A DNA stretch of 64,000 nt, taken from Chara braunii. Its lineage: Eukaryota; Plantae; Charophyceae. The translations under genes and the position numbers were made by a program. The stretch spans positions 799,545-863,544 of the forward strand of contig BFEA01000008.1 of NCBI GenBank assembly GCA_003427395.1. Direction: 5' to 3'. Positions 39,368 through 50,800 of the stretch are shown one piece after another; position 1 is the stretch's first letter; every line of letters starts with the position of its first letter. Below the pieces are notes generated by a model. It saw only the letters and a program-made list of their open reading frames with translations, was not told where the DNA came from and did no database searches.

Positions 39368-42300
39368 ATGGCGACACCAGCTACGATAACGTTCCAACGC
39401 CGATTCTCCTCGGTCGTAGCGACCAACTCCAAAAATGCAGGCAAGAACCTGTCTCTTATACACATCTAGATGTGTATAAGAGACAGGTCCAGGATGGCGA
39501 CACCAGCTACGATAACGTTCCAACGCCGATTCTCCTCGGTCGTAGCGACCAACTCCAAAAATGCAGGCAAAAACAGCCAATCGAATGGCCCACTCGTCGA
39601 CCATGAGACCCTGCGATTTCTTTTGGAACAACCTCAAGTCAAAGGCGAAAGAATGACCAAGAAAGTTCAACAGGATGGAGAAGAAAAGGAAATCACTGTG
39701 TGGTGTTACCCGAAAGAAAAACTTGAATCAACCAACGCCATGTATGCAAAACATGGGCTAGTCTTCACATTCTCCAACACAGGCGCCCGACTTCCAGAAA
39801 TTGAAAAACGTAAGTGGATCACAAGGACAGTACAGGGGCACGAAAATCTCAGATCAACCACGGATAAATTTGCGATCCTGGTACTCAGCAAAAACATGAT
39901 GATGGTAGTCTTCAAAGATGCTGATCAGGCATCAAATCTGATCAGCAGGCACACCACCTTAAACTGTAGTGGTTCAGTATGCTCCCTATCCAGATGGAAG
40001 CAGGAGATGGCACAGAAAGCCAACATCTCCCCGGCGACAGCACAGAAACAAAGGCTTATGAGGGGCCAATTCTGGGTCCAGTTCGACAACATCCCCATCA
40101 GGGGTCATCCACTGATAAAGGATCGATTGGAGGTTGAATACCCGAACAACAAAGTGTTGAAATGGGTGCTCCCCACACCAGACTTCGTAGCCCCTCATTG
40201 CGACTCCATCACTGCCGTCTTGGAAGTGAATTCCGAAACGAACCCAGAATTTCCGGAAGAATGGGAATTCTGCATCGGAGAGGAAACGTCTTCAGTCACA
40301 GTCTCAACTAAAGACGCTCCCATCTGTTTCAGATGCAGAGAAAGAGGACACCTGGGTACTGACCCNGCCTGCNCGAGATCCCCTNAACACTCGANNGAGA
40401 AGAAACTGAGACAGANCATGCTGGTGGAAGTGGAAGAAGNAAANGGCATTTGGTTCGTCAANGACCAGGACTACAATGGCTGGGTCTTTGACGATACTAT
40501 TGATGATCCATAGTGGATCTGGACATACAGCACGAACNCGACAACAAAACAACCAGACATTTNCCNCCCCTNNGANAGCANATGGCACGCAGTGGGAGCT
40601 AAAAAGGTNACNGGGATACCAGGGAAAATCCACAAAGACCAGATCATNGACCCACGAGCAATCAGGGAAGAAAAGAAACACNAGGATCTNNTGTGGGACA
40701 TGGAGACAATCCGAATCCAGACAGCAGAAGCATGCCAAAATACCAACCTGGACAACAACACTTTGATTCAAGTAGCTAAACAGACCCTCGAGCACCGCCA
40801 TCCCAAAGCAGAGGTCCCCTCCCCGCTCAAACGGAATGCCTCCCCCTCCTCCAAAGGAAACCAAGAGGACAGAGCAGGAAAGAAGAGGAGGGCAACAGAG
40901 TCTGAGCAATCCCCCACAGGCGACAACTCCTCCGGGGCAGACCCGAGCTCACCAGCAGCCTCGCAGACAGGAACGGACATCTCTCCAAATATCCCATTCC
41001 GTGGCTGGAGGAGTACCTGCAGAGAGCAAAGTACGAGAGAGAAAAGGAATTCGACACTTGGAGAAGGCAGGGAAACCGGCCACTGGTAAAACAGTGGCAG
41101 GAATCCCCCACTCCAAGAAACTTTTTCGAACTGCTGCGCATGAAATCTGAACTCTCGGAATTCAGTGCTTTCAGATACTATGAAAAGAAGCGAGAGAGAG
41201 ATTCTGCAGAGACTGACACAAGATTCGACCCCCGGACATCAGCGGACTCCATTCGGGACATGGTTTCCAAGAACTGGAAACCGTCGAAAGGGAGGGAAAA
41301 GAGGCCAAGGCCCCCCCCCAAAGACGAGGCAGGCAGCAAGAATGAACAGCGCCGACTCACACAGGAGATCGCAACAGGCAGCAAGAATGAACTCTCGGAA
41401 TTCAGTGCTTTCAGATACTATGAAAAGAAGCGAGGGAGAGATTCTGCAGGAACAGAGACTGACACAGGATTCAACCCCCGGACATCAGCGGACTCCATCC
41501 GGGACATGGTTTCCAAGAACTGGAAAACCGTCGAAAGGGAGGGAAAAGAGGCCAAGGGCCCCCCCCAAAGACGAGGCAGGCAGCAAGAATGAACAACGCC
41601 GACTCACACAGGAGATCGCAACAGTGGCAGCACAGACTAAGCGACTGTTCGACCGGAACATGGACTACAAAAAGGAACAGGGGGAAAATTTCATCGCAGT
41701 CTGGATGATAGCGGAAAACAAAGCGCCCAGCGTCACTAAATCAGCAGCAACTGATAGGGGGACCACGAGGGCAGTGAGACCACCGATCTCAGTCCGGTTC
41801 AGAAGCAAATTTAACGAGTGGCAGGTGGCCACTGACGCAGCCTTCTCAATCCCCACCCTTGATGATGACAGAGCCCTGGCAAAGAGCATCAGGGACAACA
41901 TCTCCGCAGAAACCCCGCTGGGGGTGTTCGGGCTCCCACCACGAGAGTTGTCAGTCGAAGGGAAGNNGATGGATGAGCNGTTACTTACCCCCTTCGACCC
42001 CATCCTGGTCAAGTTTGAGGAAAAAGCAAAACTCAGCGATGGCCTGACATGGAGGGCATGGGACACGATCACGATGCTCCCACACAATGTGCTGAACGGA
42101 AGATTCNGCACGACGGACATCATCGCTGACTCGCTGGCAGACATTATCAGANCCANTCTCTTGACATCCAGGACGTCGCTGCAAGACGAGGCAACCCCCA
42201 TCTACGTGGAGATGGGGTTGGAGGAAGTGGACATGGCAACCGAAGAAGAGGAGATCGTGGGAACGGGAGACAAGTTTTCACCAGGGGGAGAGTACGAGGA

Positions 42301-42418
42301 GCCACTTCCGATAACAGGGAGCAGCGTTGGGGAGTACAGCATGGGCACCTTAGCAACGAAGGTTGACAACAGGGACTCGGACTCCGAGAGCAGCAAGGCC
42401 CAGGCCGCAGTGGACTGA
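39368..42418 (+). pseudogene. LINE ORF1 (plant-L1 DUF4283/RRM-like region, zinc knuckle, extra C-terminal domain); frameshifted; true start may lie upstream in or before the gap
   Basis: FWVQFDNIP motif; CFRCRERGHLGTDxxC; several broken frames. Confidence 0.85.
39449..39486. other. Nextera mate-pair junction adapter (assembly artefact)
   Basis: CTGTCTCTTATACACATCT+AGATGTGTATAAGAGACAG, flanked by a duplicated ~85-bp segment. Confidence 0.97.
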
Positions 42419-42524
42419 GATCCCTCCCCAAGGGCTAACAAAACTCACCTCACAAATCAAAACAATCGAACAACAACTGAGATAAGAAGTTAACCGAAGG
42501 AAAAAAAAAAAAAATCAGAGGCCT

Positions 42525-45500
42525 ATGCAGATTCCCGAAAGAAGCGGAAACAGGCAGGAACACCATCCTAGGATGAACTGGCACGCAAAGGGGCTCCAGA
42601 TAGTAAGCTGGAACGTAAACGGTCTAGGAAACATTCTATATGAGGAAGACAAACTCAGGGACATCCGAATGGGCCTGGTAAGTAAGGATCGTCCCAAGCC
42701 TGACCTCATACTCCTCCAAGGGACCCACTTGTCCAACTTGAACAATCACTCAACAATACAACAGAGAATGGAAAGAATGATAGGAGGATGCGCATTCACA
42801 CTGTGGTCCAACAAAGAAGGTCAGAGCAATAAAGGGACAGCGATACTCGTCCTGAAGACATCCAAAATCCTTACCGAGGGCCAGATCCTGAACAGCGAGG
42901 GCGACAGTGAGGGAGGAAGATGGTCCAAGGTGGACATCAAGTGGCAAGAGGAAGATATGCGAATACTCAACATATATGCACCAAACACGGATTCTGACAG
43001 ACTGACTTTTCTCGACAGCATCAAAACCCTCATCCCCAACCCACAGCCGATAATCATTGCAGGGGACTGGAACACGACCCTGAACCCAAACCTGGACCGG
43101 ATTGCAAGAGCAGCACTAATGGGACCCACAAGAGCAGGTACTCAGATTCGAAATCTGATGACCGAGTTTGAACTCCTCGACCCCCTTAGAGCGCTGCACC
43201 TGGACCAAAAAGTGTCCTCCCGGATAAGGAAAAATCAAGCTAACCGGACATCCTTGTCTAGGATAGACTTTTTCCTCATCTCTGAGAGCTTACTTGGCAC
43301 AGTCAAAGAGGCCGAGATTCTCCCTTCAGCAGCGTTCAAAGGTCTAGATCACAAACCCATCCAACTGCTACTCAATTTTAACGTACTAGTGGAAACAGGC
43401 CAGGGGTTCTTTAGGATGAATAACTCCCTCCTAAAAACCGAAAGAATGGCTGCTGCAGTCAGAGAAAACTGGGCCCTCAACAAGCAGCGAGAGTCTAAAC
43501 AGATAAACAGCCACCAATGGTTTATTGACAGCTCTGCAGACTTAACACATACGGTATCAGCGGAATCCCGGGACACCGCCAGAGACCGCAAGAGGAGAAG
43601 AGAAGAACTCCAATTTGCAATAGCTGTCGCAGAAGCAAATCTGGCAGAAGACCCCTCCAACAGATTTTATCAAGAGTTACTTGATGACACCAAAGAGGAA
43701 TTGAATGAGTGGAGAAGGTGGGAACTGAGAGGTCTGCAAATCCGAGCGAGAATGACAGACTACGCACTTAATGAATCCATGACAAAATTCTTCTTCTCCA
43801 AAATCAAAGCGAATGCAAGAAACAACATGATAGAGGCTCTCCAAGATCCTACAGACTCAGGAAACACCAAAACAACAGGCCCCGAGATGGTAAGGATAGC
43901 CAGATCATTCTACGCAGATTTATATGAATCAAAGACACCCTCACCCTCGACCACAGCGAACACAACAGCTCATCAACTCATGCTCTCATACCTCGACAAA
44001 ACCATTTCGACCAGTCAGGTGGAAGGCGTGGACGGACCCCTGACCTTGGCCGAACTACACACAGCCCTGACCCAGATGGGAAATGACAAAGCCCCGGACA
44101 TCGACGGTCTCTCCAAAGAATTTTGGTGCTGCTTTCGGTTGACCCTGGGTGAAGATTTGCTCGACTTCTTCAACGAAAGCATGCACAGAGGAGGCCTAGG
44201 AAAGGAGCTGAGTACCAGTGTGGTCTCACTGCTGTACAAGAAGGGAGACAAAGAAGACTAGAAGAACTAGAGACCCATATCCCGTCTAACTACACCATAC
44301 AAAATCCTAGCCAAGGCACTTGCAAATAGAATCACAAATTTAACGAACAACTGTTTTCACATCGACCAAGCAGGCTTCATCCCAGGCAGGTACATTTTGA
44401 ACAACGTGATGACTTTAAACGAGGCAGCAAAAAAGATCACAGAAAAAAAGAATGAAAGTTGCAATCCTGTTCTTCGATTTCGAGAAAGCCTACGACCAGG
44501 TCAACTGGGATTTTCTACACGTGTATGGAGAAAATGGGGGTAGGCCTAAACTTTAGAAATTGGGTCATAATACTGTACGCTGACGCAACAGGCAGAGTCC
44601 AGGTCAACAGAATCCTATCGGACACCTATCAAATCTCGCGATCAAACAGACAAGGCGACCCACTGGCCCCACCCATATTCCTATTCATCATGGAAGCCAT
44701 AGCCTCCTTCCTCCGCAAAGACCCGTCCATCGATCGCCTCACTGAACGGAACCACAACCCGCTACACGACTTTGCCCTCCCCACCGCCCTCATGTTCGCT
44801 GACGACCTCACGGTCCTCATCCGCGCCAATAACAACTCTTTCCAAGCTCTAGTAAGGGCAATGGAAGCCTTCAGACTAGCGTTAGAGATGAGGGTCAACT
44901 GGAACAAAACCGAAGGGTGGTGGCTAGCAGACGGCACCCCTTCCCAACCATCAGACACAACCACACCTATGACATGGACTACAGGAGAACAAGCACTAAG
45001 GTTTCTGGGCATCGTGATCAACAAGGAAGGAGTGTGGCCAAGAATGGGCCAGAACCTAATCGCTAGGGCAATCACCCGACTGACCCAATGCAAAACGCTC
45101 AAGCTTCGATAATCGGACGAGCAATACTAATTAACACAGCTATCTTTTCCACACAGTGGTACATGGCATCCATTTGGTCCCCCCCTGACGACGATATCAA
45201 AAAGCTAAAGAATAGGGTGAGATGCTATCTGTGGACAGGCGATCCCAACAGGACCACCTGCATCAACAGGGGCGCATGGAACCACATCACCAGGAAACCA
45301 CAGGAAGGGGGCCTTGGGATCATCGACCCCAAACAGGAATCCATAGCGCTGCAGATGAAATGGATCCTCAAGATCCTGACTAAACAGTTTCTCCCATGGA
45401 CCCAGTTGGCGCTAGACAGCATCAGAAACTTAGCCCCCATCAACTCCCCCCCGAACATGAACGGTCAGAGATCATGGCAAAAGAATGGACAATAAAATCG

Positions 45501-46990
45501 GGCAGACCACGCAGGAGAAACCCGGCACAGCTCATCACAAACCCCACTCTAACAGCCAGTTCGTATTGGAGCCCCACCATCAAAGCCTGGCGCAAAATGA
45601 TGCCAAGCAAGCAAGGTGCACCAGGAAACAGAGAAGTCCTGAGACAACCTCTATTCTGCAATCCCTGGATCTCCGACCCCAGTGGAGCAGAATGGACACT
45701 TCGCTCCAAGGACCGTAGATGGCTATCTTGGGTAGAAAAAGGAGTGTGGCAGATCAGACACATCTGGTTAGAAGACCAAGGATGATGGGCCACGGTTCAA
45801 GAACTACGCAATGTCCTAAAAGGCTGTCATTCCCTTCCTGAAAACTTAACGCGGATTCAAAATAGCATCCCTACACACTGGCTCCCCCTCCTAAGAGAGG
45901 AGTTCTCGTGGAAACCTGGGGACTGGGGGATACTAATATCCCAAACACAGCCTACCAGAGCATACAGATTCGTAGCTAGAACCAACCCAACCGGATACCT
46001 ATCCAAGTTCTACTCATACCCCATAGCCAAACTCAGCACTAACGAGTCAGAAATTCGGAACAGTGAGCCCCAGTGCGATACAATCGAGACATTCCGACTA
46101 AGGAAAGTGAGGGTGTCAAAGAACAAACCCTGGAAACTCTTCCGACCGGACCTCAGCATCTCCGAACTAGAATTTGACNCGAAGGAATGGGTGTGGAAAC
46201 AGGGTGAATCAGGGAGAACAAGAACGATAGACAAATACGACACCAAATTCGGCTATGAGCTGGGCCTACAAACCACGGACCTGGAGCCCAGACTCCAAGG
46301 GAAGTGGAGAGAAATCCTGAGCCTAGACCCCTCTGTCCCCATATCCATCCCATGGCCGAAGTTCCTATCCATCAGACCAGTTAGGATCCGAAGTATGCAA
46401 TGGCTCATAGCGCACGCCTCAGTGCCAACCAACCAGTGGCTCCACAAGAGGAGAAAGCACACTGACCCCAGTAGCACTGACCAGTGCAAACTCTGCAAAT
46501 ACAAAATCCCGGAAGACATACCCCACTGCCTCCTGTACTGCACGGAAGCAGCATGGATTTGGAACAAAGTGCGCAACCTGTGGAACATCCTCTTCTCATC
46601 ACCCCCCCCACCCACGACCCCCCTCAATATCCTGCTCTTATCTAACAACATAAACAACCTCAAAGGCGGAGAGGATGTGTGGTACCATGTACTCAGAAAG
46701 CTGGCTCTGTGGGTGATCTGGAAGAGGAGATGCACCAAGACGATCGAAGGAACTGAGGTGCCAAGAGAAGAAATGTGGGTGCTCTTGCTGAGAATGGCTG
46801 AAACAGAGATTTGAACCAGATGGAGGGAAGTGACATCGACGACGAGAGGCAGACCAGAAAGGAGGGCGACAAAGAAACGGGTGTTCATAAGAGACTGGCT
46901 GCTACAAGGAAAGATCGCCACCGTGGTGGACAACAGACTGGTCTGGAGGAAGTGGCACACCACGAGGACAGGGACCTAGAGAAAAACAAA
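42525..46990 (+). pseudogene. LINE ORF2 (APE endonuclease, RT, zf-RVT) with stops and frameshifts
   Basis: SWNVNGL, NIYAPN, AGDWN, SRIDF, LDH; DFEKAYD, QGDPLAP, FADD; CKLC..PHCLLYC. Confidence 0.95.
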
Positions 46991-47894
46991 CTGAGATCAT
47001 AATCTCAATAGCAAACACAACTCCTCTCTTTTCTTGATTCACACGTATTATCTGACAGAGACACAGTAGACTCTGAGAGGAAAAGTGGAGGGCAAGCTGA
47101 CAGTCAATCCTCTGGATAAGGAGTAATCAATGCTGGTCAGGGTTCCTTCGGCCAGACGGAAGGAAGCGTGTGGGTATTCACCATGTATTCCAATTTTATC
47201 TTGCCGGTGGAAAGGAATCGGACTGACGCTCCCCAGAATGGATATGGAGCCAGGACCATAAGGACCTGTTTATACAAAACAAAAACAAAACAAAAAAAAA
47301 AAAAGGCTGCGCTACCTGGTCTTCATCTCTCTGGCCTCCAGTGTGAACTTTGTGTGAACTGTGTGTGAACTTTGTGTGAACTTTGTGTGAACTCACTCAT
47401 GCATGGTGTGTGATTTGTGCGCGATCATTGGTGGTGAACTGGGAGGTTCATTGCGTGTCACAAAGGTTCTGGGGCCATCACTGCGAAGACGATAGTTCAC
47501 TTGCTGACTTTATCGTGTCCCAAGTCGACTGTGGGGGTTGCTGTATCTACATAGTATAATTTATCATTCACTCCCTACCTCGACTACTCTCTCTTGTTCC
47601 ACATCCGTGTGCCTCCTCTCCTACTGGACCTGTCAAACCACCTGCCTCGGTGCACTCGATAAACCACTGGCCGTTTCATAGATATGAGGGCCTGCTTGCA
47701 CCCAGTTAAATTCACTTATATGAAATTATGATGAAAAAAACTGCTCAAGGGCCGCTTAGCTGGGAAACGGAATGGAAGGTCAATTAGTCACTCATGGTCC
47801 ACTGATCCTCATGTAACACCATTTGTATATTTTACTAGTTGCAATGATTTTTTAGAAAATGTCTGGTGCGCCCCCCCCCAAAAAAAATAAAAAA

Positions 47895-50800
47895 AATAAA
47901 CCAGGTCCTTATGTGGCCCTGGGTCCATTTCCATTCTGGGGAGCATCAGTCCGGTTCCTATTCCACCGGCAAGTCAGAATAAAATATTACATCATGAAAC
48001 ACACTCACGCTTCCTTCTGTCTGGCCGAAGGAACCCGGACCAGCATTGATTACTCCAGCATCATGAAGGATTGACTGTCAGCTTGCCTTACCTCCACCTC
48101 TCCTCTCAGGTCCACTGCATGAACCTGTCAGATAAATGATAAAGAGTGAGAAAGGTAAAAGAAGCTATGGAAGATGCAATCTCGGAATTTCTCCTCCAAA
48201 ATTGTGGCCTGTGATGGATCTTGTCCCCCTGCTGGCTGGGATCTCTGCCTTCCCCGCTTCTTAGTTGTGCCAGTCGTTCCACCATATGTGAAAGTAATTT
48301 CTCTCTTCCACTTTGCCCCTTGCAAGCCACACCTTAGTGAATTTTGCCTTGATTCTTCACTGTTGCTCTTTGTCATCTGGCATGGACTGTTTCGTCTTAT
48401 GCCACTCACAAATAATCCCCACCTGAATCAAGGTCCTTGTCTCCGCCCATACCTTCTCCCTTGTAGTTGAGAGTCCGTGAATGGTTCTGCAGCACCTTTC
48501 CTTCCGTGAATGGTTCTGCAGCACCTTTCCTTCCAGATGGACCACAGCGTTACCTTTCTGATCATTCCAGCCACGTTTTTTTCTGTCTTGTGGAATTGAG
48601 CTGGCATGTTAGCCCATAGGAGTTGGATGGGGTGTTCAGGGAGGGGAGTCGAGAAGAGGGAATCCCAGAGATCTGAGGCCCTCACCCGATATTTTGTCCC
48701 CTCTCTACAGCGTATCAGGCAATGTAGCATATCTTCTGGTTCATTTTCTGAACATATCACGCATAAATCTGAACTGTTAGGGTCATTCTTACTTCTTCTG
48801 ATATGCAGCCACTGGTTAGCCAGTAGAGCCACGTATGAGATGAGCCATTGGAGGCTTCTGATTTTTACCGGACGGATTGTCCTGAATTTTTCCCATGGTA
48901 TTTGTGGGATCTGACTAGCATCCTGACCTATTCACTTCTGCCTTCTGTTCTTGATCGTTGGGTCAGGATCCTTTGTTTTGAGGAGTAAGTTGTATCCCAG
49001 TTTGACTGTGTATTCCTGAATGGGGACATTCGTTTTGAGACTTCTGCCTGGTGTCCAAGCCCACTCTGCTGGATCAAATTCCAAGTCTTGAATCGCCGTA
49101 TCTATTCTGAAGATTGTTTTTGGGCATGATCCCAACACTTTTACTTTTCTGAGTACTAAAGGGTTTAGGACTGTTCTTTACACCTCCTTATTCAGGATAG
49201 ATGGGAGGCCTTTGCGAGGAGGGGGTAATTGGGAGAGAGGTAAACGCCGCCAGGGTATCCGACCCTTGCTGTTTATGGGAGAATTGATACGCCCTTGAGG
49301 GGGCTAAATCCTGCACCCTCACTCCCCATTCACCAGATTTCCAGGTTGAGGCTTCGCTCAACAACTCCTTCCAGCCTTCTGGGATGCAGTCGATAATGGA
49401 TTGTAGATTCTCGTCTGGGAGGCAAGTTCCTGTTTTGTCATCCAGATCTTTTTCTCCTCGTTCCACAAATGGCTCACTTTCCAAACTCACTTTCCAAACT
49501 CCATATTTGATCCACGATGGCCATCTTCTTCCTCTAGGCTTAAGGGATAGTTGGTGATCACTTTTGTCTCTTCCCCACGGATTACCAAAGAGGTTTCTCA
49601 CCCACGGATTACCAAAGAGGGGTTGCCTCAGTACCTTGTCTTTGATTTGGGTCTACCGACCTTATTCGGCATGACTTTCCGCCATATCCGGAGCAATGCA
49701 GTCCAATACGGTGTATGCTTGGTTTGGACCGGTTCCCCTTCATTGATTTCTGCACCCTGTACTTGGACTCCATTCCTTGGTCATTACCTAGAACAGACCA
49801 GACATATTTCCTGGTGTGGCTGTAGGTTCTAGGCCCCTGATGCTATCCAAGGCCAATTTATTCCATATTGTACCAGGTTTAGTCAGTAGTTCGACTCCAT
49901 TTAACTTGTAAGACTTTGGTTTCCTGTTTGGGGTCTACGCTACCAAGACTTCCTTTGGATGGTTTCCTTGTGATGCCAAGCTATCTTTGGTATGCAGTTC
50001 TCTTTGTTGGGGTTGCCCGACCACAAGCATGCTCTTGCTTTACGGTTAACTTCCTTGATTGTATGATCCGGAACTGTCCTGATTGACGCTATATTCCACA
50101 TCATTGAAAAAATAGATGTGTTGATGGCTAGTGCACGGGCCAACAATGATGTGAATGTTCTACCCCATCTTCCCAGTCTTGTTAATTTGTTTAGCGAGTA
50201 TATTTTGGGCCATTTGAGGGGCAAAGCCGTCCTTTGTCAGCAAGATGCCTAGATATCGCGTAGGTGCCTCTGGTGTCTCCCATGTCATGTCTGCCTCGGG
50301 GCCTTGAAGTTGGGGAACCTGCTCCTTCGATAGCCACCAGCCGATTGTTTTCGTCGAATCAATCTTCATTTCTGATGCCAGTCTAAACGCTTCCATTGCT
50401 CTTACTAATGTGTTGAACGACGAGTTTGAAGCTCTTACGAGGACCGTGAGATTGTTTGCAAACATTATTACTGCCGGGAACTGTGGGTGGTGGGTTGTTC
50501 CTACATTGACCTCTGGTAGTCTGTGTATGGAGGGATCTTTGCGTAGGAATGAGGCTATTGCTTCCATCACGAAGAGGAAGATTGGGGGAGCTAGCGGGTT
50601 CTCTTGGCGAACTGACCGAGCGATTGGATACGTGTCAAAGAGCAAGCCATTGACTTAGACACAACCTATGGTATCACTATACAGATGCGCATCCACTTCC
50701 GAAAATTCGGGCCCACTCCCATGTTTTCCATGCTTGCATTAAGAAAGGCCGAGTTGTCCTGGTCATAGGCCTTTTCAAAATCGAAAAAAAGAATTTGCAA

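Larger units (their letters stand above)
38021..47305 (+). mobile_element. Full-length L1-type LINE (~9.3 kb including a gap)
   Basis: 13-bp TSD GCTGCGCTACCTG at 38008-38020 and 47306-47318; A-rich tail; ORF1 and ORF2 present. Confidence 0.95.
37088..47678. mobile_element. LTR-like sequence interrupted by the full-length LINE; boundaries uncertain
   Basis: Candidate inverted termini TGAAAGGCC (37088)/GGCCGTTTCA (47678) or TGTGGAA (37580)/TTCCACA (47603); no TSD found. Confidence 0.4.

Noticed and set aside
39449-39486. Tn5/IS50 ends as bacterial horizontal transfer
   Set aside because: This is the exact Nextera junction adapter.
47070-47110. Hammerhead ribozyme in the LINE 3' UTR (CTGAGAG...GAAA)
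   Set aside because: The required stems and core spacing could not be built, and GAAA is not kept in the second copy.
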